From a virus (taxonomy: Duplodnaviria; Caudoviricetes): DNA of 64,000 bases. The translations under genes were made by a program, and so were the position numbers. Numbering within the stretch: the first letter of the stretch is position 1; each line of letters begins with the position of its first letter. Below are positions 1-8,952 of the stretch, one piece after another. The stretch lies in the IMG/VR virus record IMGVR_UViG_3300044961_000667. One strand, given 5' to 3'. Below the pieces are notes generated by a model. It had not been told where the DNA came from and made no database searches. It saw nothing but the letters and a program-made list of their open reading frames with translations.

Positions 1-245
1 TCCAACCCGTCCGGCGTACGAACAACAACCAACTCGCCGACGTGAGGCTTCACCATCACCCTCGACACCACGGAACCAGTTCTACGCAGATGGCTGTGCG
101 CCATATCGTAGCTCACTACAACGTCTCCCTCGCGCACCTGCTCGATTGGCACCTGCTTCATCTCCGTTGGAACACCTTGCTTTCCCCGTCCCAGCGACTT
201 GTACCGCTGCGTCACCACCGTCACCATCGTCCCCGGCGGCTGGCA
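1..245 (-). other. Intein N-terminal part inserted at helicase motif III
   Basis: After IGDD the frame continues CQPPGTMVTV (block A) and later KPHVGELVVVRTPDG (approach to block B). Confidence 0.8.
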
Positions 246-989
246 GTCGTCGCCGATCATCATCAGGTTGCCGTCCTTCGTCGCCACCAGCTGAGCCAGC
301 TCGATCTGCGCCTTGTTGTTGTCCTGGCACTCGTCGACCATCACGTAGCGGTAGCGCTCACGGACCTCCGCCCGCAGCCGCTCGTTCGACGAGAGCAGCT
401 TCCACGCGTAGTAGAGCATGTCGTCGAAATCGAGCACCCGCTCTTCGTTCTTCCGCTTCTCGTACAGCGAGTAGAAGTCCGACATCGACGTCGCCTGGTG
501 GTCGGACAGCAGCTGCTGCCGCATCTCCTCCGGGCCCATCAGCGAGTTCTTCGCCTTCGCGATGGCGATGATCACGTCCTCCGGCAGCCACTCCTCCGTG
601 CGGTAGCCGAGGTCCTTGATGACGTTGATGATCATCGTCTTCTTGTTCTTCAGCACCGTGTAGCCGCCGTACCCGTTGTTCCGCAGCAGCGAGAAGCCGA
701 AGCTGTGGAACGTCGAGATCGTCGGCCGGCGCCCTCTCACGCCGAGGTTCTCCATCAGGTCGTCGAGGCGACCGTTCATCTCCTCCGCGGCGTTCTTGGT
801 GAACGTCACGGCGAGAATCTGGCTGTCGGGGATGCCGCGGGCGAGGAGAGCCACCACGCGGTGGATCAAGCACCTCGTCTTCCCCGCGCCTGGGCCGGCA
901 ATCACCAGGCACGGTCCATCGAAGTGCTCCGCCACCTTCTGTTGGGCCTCGTCGAGACCCGACAGAACCTTCTGCAGATCGTTGCTCAT
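1..989 (-). CDS. uvrD: UvrD/PcrA-family SF1 helicase, N-terminal part (runs off window), intein-containing; absent from ORF track
   Basis: Own translation from ATG 989 (RBS AGGGAG): MSNDLQKVLSGLDEAQQKVA..PCLVIAGPGAGKT..LAVTFTKNAAEEM..TFHSFG..LDFDDML..YVMVDECQD..MIGDD; motifs Q, I, Ia, II and III of UvrD. Confidence 0.93.
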   Translation of the reverse strand, partial: MSNDLQKVLSGLDEAQQKVAEHFDGPCLVIAGPGAGKTRCLIHRVVALLARGIPDSQILAVTFTKNAAEEMNGRLDDLMENLGVRGRRPTISTFHSFGFSLLRNNGYGGYTVLKNKKTMIINVIKDLGYRTEEWLPEDVIIAIAKAKNSLMGPEEMRQQLLSDHQATSMSDFYSLYEKRKNEERVLDFDDMLYYAWKLLSSNERLRAEVRERYRYVMVDECQDNNKAQIELAQLVATKDGNLMMIGDDCQPPGTMVTVVTQRYKSLGRGKQGVPTEMKQVPIEQVREGDVVVSYDMAHSHLRRTGSVVSRVMVKPHVGELVVVRTPDGL

Positions 990-1046
990 TTGCTCTCCCT
1001 TGGTGCCACCTGTTGCCCGTTGAGTGTCGGGGTCACCACCAAGCAG

Positions 1047-1080
1047 ATGAAACCACCGTTTCTCCTGCTTTGTCAAGAGG
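1047..1080 (-). promoter_or_regulatory. CCTCTTGAC-family sigma70-like promoter
   Basis: CCTCTTGACA overlapping the dam stop codon; weak -10. Confidence 0.65.
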
Positions 1081-1936
1081 AAGGCGGCTCCGGCGGCTTG
1101 TAGTTCAGCACCACGATCTCCTCGACATCTCCGCGCTTCTCGTAGTGCGTGTTGATCGACCGCGGCGCCGTCACCGTCCGCACCTCGAACTTCGAGTACA
1201 GCGCCTTCACCTTCGGGTGACTGCTGTTCGACAGCATCACCTTGACGCCGCGGTCCGTCAGGCGGGAGTACGTCTCCGCCAGCTTCTTGTGGTCGAGCAG
1301 CGAGAACTCACCCGCGGTGTACGCCGTGAAGCTCGACGTCTTCGACACCGGAAGGTACGGCGGGTCCATGTAGACGAAGTCGCCTTCCTCCGCGTGCGTC
1401 AGCACCGCCTGGTAGGTCACCACGTCCAGCATCGTCCCCCGCAGAGCCTCGGAGCACGCCCGCAGGTTGTCGCGATCGCACACGGTCGGACGGTTCTTGA
1501 ACTTGCCAGGCGGGACGTTGAAGCGGCCCTTGTCGTTGACCCGGTACAGGCCGTTGTAGCCCGTCTTGTTCAGGAAGATCATCCGCGCCGCACGCTGCTC
1601 TTCGGTCAACGACCGCGGCATCTGCTCGCGCACCGAGTAGTAGTACTCGTCCCCGCCGGCAGTCCACGCCTGGTCGTGCTCGTCGAGCCGCTTCACCACG
1701 TCCTCGACCCGGTCTCGCACCATCTTGTACGACCAGATCAGCTCCTCGTTGACGTCGGAGAGCACCACCCGCTTGGCCGCCTTGAGCTTCCCGGCCGCAG
1801 CCAGCGAGTAGAACATCGCCCCTCCGCCGAGGAACGGCTCCATGTACGTGCCGAACTCGGCAGGTAGCATCCCGGCCAGGGTCTCCAACAACGCACCCTT
1901 GCCACCAACCCACTTCAGAAACGGTCTCGCGCTCAA
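1073..1936 (-). CDS. dam: DNA adenine methyltransferase (Dam family)
   Basis: PFLKWVGGK, EPFLGGG, FLNKTGYNGLYRVN, YMDPPY, MLSNS motifs. Confidence 0.95.
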   Translation of the reverse strand: MSARPFLKWVGGKGALLETLAGMLPAEFGTYMEPFLGGGAMFYSLAAAGKLKAAKRVVLSDVNEELIWSYKMVRDRVEDVVKRLDEHDQAWTAGGDEYYYSVREQMPRSLTEEQRAARMIFLNKTGYNGLYRVNDKGRFNVPPGKFKNRPTVCDRDNLRACSEALRGTMLDVVTYQAVLTHAEEGDFVYMDPPYLPVSKTSSFTAYTAGEFSLLDHKKLAETYSRLTDRGVKVMLSNSSHPKVKALYSKFEVRTVTAPRSINTHYEKRGDVEEIVVLNYKPPEPPSS

Positions 1937-2475
1937 GCTGGAATTCCTCCTTCGGCAGCTCTGTACCCCTCTCGCACCTTCGTCAAGATGTCAGGCTCCA
2001 ATCGCCACAACTTTTGGTAGCCGCGACACTTCACCGGCTCGATGGGACGCAGATCGGTCAACAGCCACCCGAACGGACCCACGAACCACTCCAGATCCAT
2101 CTCCGTCGGCTTGAAGCCCTCCAGCAGCTTCACCTCCATGACGGTCTCGTCCTCGCTGACCCAGCGCTTCGTGTTGTCCAGCATGTCGGGCGAGTCCACC
2201 TCCGTCACGCAGCCCACGAGACGGCCAACGCCGATGATCGCCGAGTCGACGTGCGTCGCGTCCCTCCGCAGGATGTCTCGATGGGGCCCATTCGCGACAA
2301 ACTGCTCCGCGTCAGGGTCCCACGCCTTCCCCGCGTGAATCGCGATGTGCTTCCCGTACATCCAGGATGGCGGCGTCCACGGCCTGTTCTCGATGCGCTT
2401 GAAACCCTGGGCCACCCAATGCGCCCAGGGCCGCCACAGCGTGAGGCCCATGATCGACGGATACAGAACGCTCAT
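1933..2475 (-). CDS. ASCH-domain protein
   Basis: LTLWRPWA..G.KRIENR.W..IAIHAG; start moved to ATG 2475 (ATGA overlap with upstream stop). Confidence 0.85.
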   Translation of the reverse strand: MSVLYPSIMGLTLWRPWAHWVAQGFKRIENRPWTPPSWMYGKHIAIHAGKAWDPDAEQFVANGPHRDILRRDATHVDSAIIGVGRLVGCVTEVDSPDMLDNTKRWVSEDETVMEVKLLEGFKPTEMDLEWFVGPFGWLLTDLRPIEPVKCRGYQKLWRLEPDILTKVREGYRAAEGGIPA

Positions 2476-3509
2476 CGCGGGAACTCCTGGATCTGAAGCT
2501 CGGCCGGCCACTCAGCCGGAACGGCACCGTGGTGCTCCTTGAAGAGCACCGAGAAGTACGTCGGCTGGTCCTTCAACGCCTTGCCGTGCATCGGGCCCAT
2601 GCGCCCGCACAGATCGGAGTCGACGTTGCTGATCGGGTTGTCGCCCATCTGCTTCACGAAGGGCGTCACCTTCGCGGCCCTGCACTGCTCGACGATGGAG
2701 CGCGCCCACGAGAGATCGAACGCTCTCGCCTTCGAGCCGCTCTCGCCACCGACGATGACCCAGTGCAGGCCCTGGCCCATCTTCACGTTCGGCACGAACT
2801 GGGCGGTCTTGTCCGCGCACGACGCGCAGAAGCTCTCGCTCTGCTTCGCCGTGGTGTTCGCCGCCTTCCAGTCGTACGCGCACTTCGAGCACTTCCACAG
2901 CTGCCCGAGCCACTTCGACAGGTCCAGCGGTCCCAGCAAGGGCTCGCACGACAGGAACCGCACCGCCGCGGGGACCGACAGCAGCAGCGGGATCCGGACG
3001 TCGGCAGCCTCCTGGTTCTCCACCGTCGTCCCGAGCCACACGTTGGGCGGCGGCGTTCCATCGACCCACGCCTGCAGCCAGTCGACGGTCTCCATCGGCA
3101 CATCAGGAGTCCTGACGAACGCGTCGATCGCAGCCGACAGGTGGCGCTTGATGTTCTGCGGCCTCTTCGTCAACAAGAGCCAGTCCAGGTTGGGCGTGCT
3201 CCTGATCAGGTGGAACAGCTCCAGCCTCCACACGTCGGAGACTTCCTCGTCGAACACGTCGGAGAGGGACGAGCAGAAGACCCTGGGCCTCGTGCCGGCG
3301 AGCTTCGCCTTGCGATCCCACGACAACGGCTTCCGCCAGTTCGACGCGACCGTCCTTCTCCGCGGCGCTCCCTTGCCCCAGTTGCCGCCGTCGAACCGCT
3401 TGTTCCGCGTCTCGGCGTAGCAGTTCGTGCACCCGGCCGAGACCTTCGTGCACCCCTCCCATCCGTTGAACGTGGCATCGCACCAACTGATCGCAGTCGT
3501 GTCACCCAT
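2472..3509 (-). CDS. Phage Gp37/Gp68 (DUF5131) radical-SAM-like protein with inserted Cys4 segment
   Basis: ISWCDATFNGWEGCTKVSAGCTNCYAE, RVFCSSLSDVF, LLLTKRP, NVWLGTTVENQ, RFLSCEPLLG, WVIVGGESG, FVKQMG. Confidence 0.92.
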   Translation of the reverse strand: MGDTTAISWCDATFNGWEGCTKVSAGCTNCYAETRNKRFDGGNWGKGAPRRRTVASNWRKPLSWDRKAKLAGTRPRVFCSSLSDVFDEEVSDVWRLELFHLIRSTPNLDWLLLTKRPQNIKRHLSAAIDAFVRTPDVPMETVDWLQAWVDGTPPPNVWLGTTVENQEAADVRIPLLLSVPAAVRFLSCEPLLGPLDLSKWLGQLWKCSKCAYDWKAANTTAKQSESFCASCADKTAQFVPNVKMGQGLHWVIVGGESGSKARAFDLSWARSIVEQCRAAKVTPFVKQMGDNPISNVDSDLCGRMGPMHGKALKDQPTYFSVLFKEHHGAVPAEWPAELQIQEFPR

Positions 3510-4893
3510 GCAGTTTCTCCATCCTGGTTTTCAAGTCCTCGTACCGCGCCATCCATCGGGCTCGCGTTTGCCGCCAGTCGGGCCACTCCGAGACATCCAG
3601 GCCGGGCACCTGCTGACCGGTGCCCTGCCACTTCTCGGGACGCTCCTCGATCGGGAACATCACCGTCGCCTCGGTGCCGAACACGTCCATGTCGGCCGTC
3701 TTCACGACGCCATTCATCGGCCATCGGAAGCGGAACTGCTGCGCCAGCGCGTTCATCAGCTTGTCTTCGAGCGGCGCGTACAGCGGCTTGAGCAACATCT
3801 TCACCGGACTCGGGATGTCCTTCAGCCCGAGCCCCTCGGAGGCGTCGTGGAAGAGGCCGTCCCACGCGCACAGAAGACGCTCCACCTCATCCTTGCCGGC
3901 GAGCTGCTCCGCCCACAGGCTGACGTTGATCGAATGCTGCGCCACTGAGTTGTGGGCCCCGAACCCATCGGCGAAATACGTCCTCGTTGACGTCTCCATT
4001 GCGACTACCGGACCTGGCGAAAGCTCCTCCGCCGCCACAACCTCTAACGTCTCGATGCTCGGAAACTCAAAGGGCGCCGACCCGGCCTTCAGCGCCGTCT
4101 GCAACTTCTGCATGAGACGCACCGGCTTGATGGTCCCAAACAGCCGAAAGACCTCACGCCACCCGCCAAGGACTCGCAGATTCATCACACCAGTCTTCTT
4201 GGACTTCGGGTCGATGCGACAAGCAAATCCGGCCTGTCGAAGAAGACCGCTGGCCGCGTCGAGAACAACACCCGGCTTCTGAGCAAATCCAGTTGTCGTG
4301 CCACGCGACCTGGACCCGGTCGTAACATGACCCTCCCCGTCAAAGATTCCAGCAAGGTATCCGGTCTCGTAGGTACGAACCGTCTTCCATGGAGTAGCAA
4401 ATCTCAGCATGTGAACCCGAAGCCCACCAAGCACAGCGTCGGCTATCTGCCTGGCCGTTCTCCACCTTTGGTTTCTCGACTGCCGCATGGCGATAAGCCA
4501 TGGGTGCTCCACCGACGTCGTAAGACTCGCTCCATCAGACAGCCACAGCCTCACCCTCGGTCGGATGATGATCTCGTGACGGAGAACGTTCGCCAAACGA
4601 AGACGACGACGCGGCTTTGGTCCTCTTCGTTTCGTCGGGAACTCATCGAAAGCAATCAGCCCAGCCCCTGTAGACAGGTCTCCAGCTGGAACCCACCCGA
4701 AATCAGAAGTCAGAACCAACGACTCCGGAGACACACAGTACGGGTACGGCGCCTGCCCTCCGTACCGGGGCTCGATCGACAACCCGTGAGCGATCTGCTC
4801 CGCAGTGAACTCCCCCGGCCTCGGGTCCGCGGGGAAGAACATCCCCGAGTTGAGCAACTGGCACCACGGACCTCTCGAACCCTGAAGCGGCAT
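3502..4893 (-). CDS. HD-domain phosphohydrolase (YfbR-like deoxynucleotidase) interrupted by an intein
   Basis: IAHGLS..RYGG..Y|intein|SVAQHS..LFHDASE; RBS AGAGGGAG. Confidence 0.88.
   Translation of the reverse strand: MPLQGSRGPWCQLLNSGMFFPADPRPGEFTAEQIAHGLSIEPRYGGQAPYPYCVSPESLVLTSDFGWVPAGDLSTGAGLIAFDEFPTKRRGPKPRRRLRLANVLRHEIIIRPRVRLWLSDGASLTTSVEHPWLIAMRQSRNQRWRTARQIADAVLGGLRVHMLRFATPWKTVRTYETGYLAGIFDGEGHVTTGSRSRGTTTGFAQKPGVVLDAASGLLRQAGFACRIDPKSKKTGVMNLRVLGGWREVFRLFGTIKPVRLMQKLQTALKAGSAPFEFPSIETLEVVAAEELSPGPVVAMETSTRTYFADGFGAHNSVAQHSINVSLWAEQLAGKDEVERLLCAWDGLFHDASEGLGLKDIPSPVKMLLKPLYAPLEDKLMNALAQQFRFRWPMNGVVKTADMDVFGTEATVMFPIEERPEKWQGTGQQVPGLDVSEWPDWRQTRARWMARYEDLKTRMEKLHG
3949..4737 (-). 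other. 263-aa intein with LAGLIDADG endonuclease
   Basis: Starts CVSPESLVLT, contains YLAGIFDGEG, ends TYFADGFGAHN followed by Ser(+1). Confidence 0.92.
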
Positions 4894-4922
4894 CAGATCT
4901 CCCTCTCAGCTATGGTCGACCC

Positions 4923-5480
4923 ATGCGAGTCGCCGTCTACGACAAGAACCCCGGTGCAGGCTTCTCTCAGCGCTTCCTGGCCTTCACCTGGCTGGTTGGC
5001 TGCTTCCTTCACAAGCTGTTCGGCAAGCTCGACGACTACAAAGCCTGCTCGTCCTGGGACGAGGCCATCGGCTGGCTGCTCTCCCGCGAGGGAACCCTCA
5101 CCTCGATCCAGTTCTGGGGGCACGGAAGCCCCGGCGCCCTCTGGAACAACGGCAAGGCCGCCTACGAGAGCACCTTCCTCAAGCTGAAGCCCAAGGTCAC
5201 CCGTGAGTCGATCATCTGGTTCCGCGCCTGCAGCGTCTTCCAGGGCCAACGAGGCTGGGACTTCTCGCGTACTCTGGCCAACGGCCTCGGCTGCACCGTC
5301 GCCGGGCACACCCGCATCATCGGCCTTCTCCAAGGCGGGCTTCACACCCGCCAGCCCAACCAGTCTCCGATCTGGCCCATCACCGAGGGCGAGCTGTCGG
5401 GTCCGCTCGCCAAGAGCGGCATGGCGTTCGGCAACAAGACGATCTTCTGCCTCCGCGCCACCGTGCCTCCCGGCTGGTAA
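4923..5480 (+). CDS. Caspase-fold (DUF4347/CHAT-like) putative Cys peptidase on the opposite strand
   Basis: IQFWGHGSPG and IWFRACSVF give a His-Gly / Cys dyad pattern; GC3-rich codons; TATGGT 6 nt before ATG. Confidence 0.6.
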   Translation: MRVAVYDKNPGAGFSQRFLAFTWLVGCFLHKLFGKLDDYKACSSWDEAIGWLLSREGTLTSIQFWGHGSPGALWNNGKAAYESTFLKLKPKVTRESIIWFRACSVFQGQRGWDFSRTLANGLGCTVAGHTRIIGLLQGGLHTRQPNQSPIWPITEGELSGPLAKSGMAFGNKTIFCLRATVPPGW

Positions 5481-5488
5481 CTGCCTCG

Positions 5489-7283
5489 TCAGGCCCTACG
5501 CCCTTCTCCTGGGAACAGGATGTCGCTGGCCCTCATGGTGGCGTGGTGCTCTTCATCGATGAGGCCAGCGCGGCGGAGTGACGACAGGTAGTCGGCGAAC
5601 GTTCCACCCGACACCTCCATCTCAACCATCTCGGCGAGTTCCTCTCGCGTCATCCAGCTCGGGTACGACGCGACCAGCACGTTCAGCATCTTCCTCGCGC
5701 CAGCCTTCAGGTTCCGGCTCCACATGCTCACCAGCTCGTGAGTCGAGGCCGGCGCCGATCGGGCCGCGGGTCCCAGGAACTGCATCCCGGACGCGGAGAT
5801 CTTCAGCGACTGAGCGTTCTCCTCCACCAACCCAGCCCGACGGAGCGCCGAGAGGTAGTCGGCGAACGTCCCGCCCGACACCGCCATGCCAACCAGGGTG
5901 GCCAGCTGCGGCCTGGTGGTCCACGCGCCCGGTCGCGCCGAGAGAGCGATCAACATCTCCTTCGCCCCCTTCTTGATCGTCACGTCGCCGATCGCCTGCG
6001 GTCCCGGCCGCGCGTACTGCGCGAGAGCCTTCTTCACCGACTCCGGCAATAGACGAGGCTCCGGTGCGCGGGGGCATCGGGTTGTGCGGCGGGTAGAGCC
6101 CCGGTCCGATCACCTCATGGGGGTTGAAGGCCGGCATCGCCGGTTCGACGTGAGGGCGACCGATTGAACGTGCAATCGATTGCGCAGCATCCTTCGTGTC
6201 GGCAGCCGCACCGGCCAGCTTCTCCGCCGCCTTCTCCAGACGCTTCAGCTGCTTTTCGGTCAACACCGGAACCTCCTTCACGACTTCCTTGATCTGCACC
6301 TTCGTTTCGGTCGGCCGACTCTTCAGCTCGCCTTCCAGCTGAAGAATGCGACGCTTCAGGAAGTCGGGGTCTGCCTTCTCGGCGTCCTCCACCATCGACT
6401 TCAACGACTCACGCAGCTTGGCGACGTCCACCGCGGCCAGCCTCTTCGGCTCGACGAACTCCTCGCCGAACTCCGGCGTGGCCGACGAGTCGAACGTCAG
6501 CTTCCGGTTCACCTTCACCGTCCGCGACACCTTCAGAAACGACGGGCTCCACAGGTGCGCCATCCCCGTGTCGAGCCCTGGCAGGGTGTCAACCAGACTC
6601 AGTTCTTCCGCCTTCGTCACCTTGTCGCTGACCCACGCGATGATCGCCTTCTTCTCGTGGCTGCCGATCGTGCGGTGAGCGAGCACTGTCCCTGCCTGGT
6701 TCAACACCCGCTTGTGCACCGCCTGCGGCTGCTGAGTGATCAAGGACCAGCCGACGCCGTAGTTGCGCCCGAGCTTCAACAGCCGCTCAACTCGGTTGAG
6801 CATGACGCCTTCGTCCTTCTCGGGCGTCTGAGGGGCGAACGTCTGCGCTTCCTCCCAGAAGACGTGCACCGGCGACTTCGACTTCTTCTTGGCCTGGAAG
6901 AACGCCTCGGCGAAGTCTCGAACGAACCGCTTCGTCTCCGCCGTGGTGAACTCCGACACGTCGAGCACCGCGGAGATCTGCTTCTCCACGAGCACGCTGG
7001 CCATCAGCCCGCCCTACTCTGGCGTGAGCGGCAGATCGCCATGCTCCCCGCCAAAGACTGTGATCGCGAACCCATCCTTCTTGCCGTCCGCAGAGCTTCG
7101 CAGCCCCCACCAGACGCCCACGGGATCAAGAGCGCCAACCTGCGCCCCGACCTCCAGCATCAGCTCGGCCAACTTGGTCGCGGAGTACGTCTTGCCGCCG
7201 CCGCTTTGCCCCAGGAAGGCGAACTTCTGCGTCACAGCTGCCAGCGGCAGCCCCAACCCATCTGCAAACGCGAGCGTCTTCAT
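5489..7283 (-). pseudogene. HerA/DUF87-like P-loop ATPase with two C-terminal winged-HTH repeats, broken by an in-frame TAG (7014-7016) and a +1 frameshift near 6070-6074
   Basis: FAFLGQSGGGKTY, LDPVGVWWGLR, VFWEEAQTFAPQ, GRNYGVG..ITQQPQAVHK; tandem SGGTFADYLS.LRRAGL repeats in a second frame. Confidence 0.8.
6171..6184. repeat. TGCAATCGATTGCG palindromic site, copy 1 (coding)
   Basis: Exact match, read directly. Confidence 0.85.
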
Positions 7284-7289
7284 CGAACC

Positions 7290-7493
7290 TCAGGTGGCGC
7301 CGTTCTCGTAGTAGCAGCCTTGGCCCTTCGACCACGTCCTGTTGAGCCCGGCCTCGGCGAGGATCCTCTTGACACAACTCGGCGAGAGACGGAATCGCTC
7401 AGCGAGCCTCGACACTGACAGCTCCTCGTCCTTGCTTGCGACCATGACGATCCTGTCGACCAAAAGCTCCCTCTCTGCCTTGCGAAGACCCAT
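7290..7493 (-). CDS. Small HTH DNA-binding protein
   Basis: SVSRLAERFRLSPSCVKRIL resembles an HTH; first gene after the promoter at 7561. Confidence 0.65.
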   Translation of the reverse strand: MGLRKAERELLVDRIVMVASKDEELSVSRLAERFRLSPSCVKRILAEAGLNRTWSKGQGCYYENGAT

Positions 7494-7527
7494 GCGTTGA
7501 ACCCTCCGTGCGCGGCGCGCGTCACGG

Positions 7528-7561
7528 AGAGGACAACGGAACTAACTACTTTGTCAAGAGG
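7528..7561 (-). promoter_or_regulatory. CCTCTTGAC-family promoter
   Basis: CCTCTTGACAAAG, intergenic; weak -10. Confidence 0.65.
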
Positions 7562-7590
7562 AGCACACACAGTCTCCTGACAAAACAGCC

Positions 7591-8952
7591 TCAGTTGAGG
7601 ATGTCGGAGAGCCGGGCGGCGGGCGGCGTGGTGCCGCGCTCCACCAGCGACATCACGATCGTCGACCACATCTCCTCGATCACCTTCTGGTGCTCGATCG
7701 TGGCGTCGCCAGACTTGCTGCGCTCGTGAGCCATCTCGTGAACGAGCGTCTCCAGCGTGTCCTTCACGGTCTTCAGCATCTGACGACCGACCAGGATGTG
7801 CTCGTTCTCGCGCAGCCCGTGCAGCGACGGGTCCTTGAACTCCGCGATGCGGAACCGGCTGAGCGGCACGTCCGGCGCCCCGAGCGAGGCGAGAGCGAAC
7901 GCCTTGAGGAACACATCGCTTTCCTCGGTCGTCAGGTCGCTGACGCCGAAGGTCGCCGAGATCAGGTTCTTCGAGTCCGACTTCACCGTGTTGATGGTGC
8001 CGGTCTCCTCCTTGAGCACCTCCAACATGGCCTCAGGGACGACGATGCCGCGCTTCCCGTAGAATGCAGCCTCCTCCATCTCCTGCGGCTGACGGACCGG
8101 GATCGCGTTCTCACCGAACGTCTCCCGGAAGCGGGCGGCCATCTTCTCGCGGAGCTTGTTGCCGGTGTTCCACGTGTACCGGAGGTGCTCGACGTCGGGC
8201 TTGTTCTCGCGCATCAGGCGGTCGACCATCTCGATCAGATCCGGCCGCAAATCGACGGCCTCGTTCCAGATGGTCGCGGTCACGTTCGAGAGATCCCAGC
8301 CGTCGATGAGCCGGCGGTCGCGGTCGATCTTCGCCACGTTGGGCGGCAGGTCGTAGCCGCAGACGTAGTTGCCCACCTGCTGGACGAAGATGCCGCCCAC
8401 GTAGATGTGCCCACGCTTCGACTCGTCGAAGATCACCGCGCCCTTGCTCGTGGCCACCGTGTCAGTCGCCGCCAGCAGGAACAGCAGCTTCCGCTGCAGC
8501 GACTCCCAGTCGGCCGGCTCGACGTCAGCCACCTCGATCTCGATGGCGTTGCGCTCCTTCACGACGCCCTTCTGCACGTCGATGACGAGCACCATCTCGC
8601 CGCCGAACTTCTCCGAAGGGGCGACCTCGGGCACCCACTTGTCGGCGCCAGTGCGGATCACCGTGCGATGCCCACTGTTCACCAGCGCCAGCAACGCCAG
8701 CTTGTAGCCCTCGCCGAAGCGGCCGAGCTGGTCGGTGCGACCCCGCTTGGACGTGTACCCGACGAGCAACGTCCGCGGCTCCAGCGTGGCCCCCTTGGTC
8801 ACCAAGCGGACCATCTTGTCCTTCTCGACGTAGGTGACGGAGAACTCGTGCCCGTCCTTCTTGGCATCGAGGCCGTTCTGCATCAGCTCGCGGATCGCCT
8901 CCCAAAGGGACCAATCAACGTAGTTCTTGCCAATGGTCATTTCGATTTTCAT
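7591..8952 (-). CDS. GHKL (HATPase_c) ATPase with C-terminal HExxH motif
   Basis: Start at ATG 8952: WEAIRELMQNGLDA, LLVGYTSKRG..LGRFGEGYKLA; LVHEMAHE near the C-terminus. Confidence 0.85.
   Translation of the reverse strand: MKIEMTIGKNYVDWSLWEAIRELMQNGLDAKKDGHEFSVTYVEKDKMVRLVTKGATLEPRTLLVGYTSKRGRTDQLGRFGEGYKLALLALVNSGHRTVIRTGADKWVPEVAPSEKFGGEMVLVIDVQKGVVKERNAIEIEVADVEPADWESLQRKLLFLLAATDTVATSKGAVIFDESKRGHIYVGGIFVQQVGNYVCGYDLPPNVAKIDRDRRLIDGWDLSNVTATIWNEAVDLRPDLIEMVDRLMRENKPDVEHLRYTWNTGNKLREKMAARFRETFGENAIPVRQPQEMEEAAFYGKRGIVVPEAMLEVLKEETGTINTVKSDSKNLISATFGVSDLTTEESDVFLKAFALASLGAPDVPLSRFRIAEFKDPSLHGLRENEHILVGRQMLKTVKDTLETLVHEMAHERSKSGDATIEHQKVIEEMWSTIVMSLVERGTTPPAARLSDILN

Noticed and set aside
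3502-4893. HD hydrolase as DatZ of a Z-genome pathway
   Set aside because: No PurZ or MazZ is in the window, and YfbR-like HD enzymes are common in ordinary phages.
7014-7016. Genome-wide TAG reassignment
   Set aside because: TAG ends several apparently complete genes (12264, 27635, 46861, 49814, 54733), and I saw no other gene broken by an in-frame TAG.
8166-8181. TGTTCCACGTGTACCG as a second parS site
   Set aside because: Two mismatches in the right arm, and it lies inside a coding region, so it may be chance.
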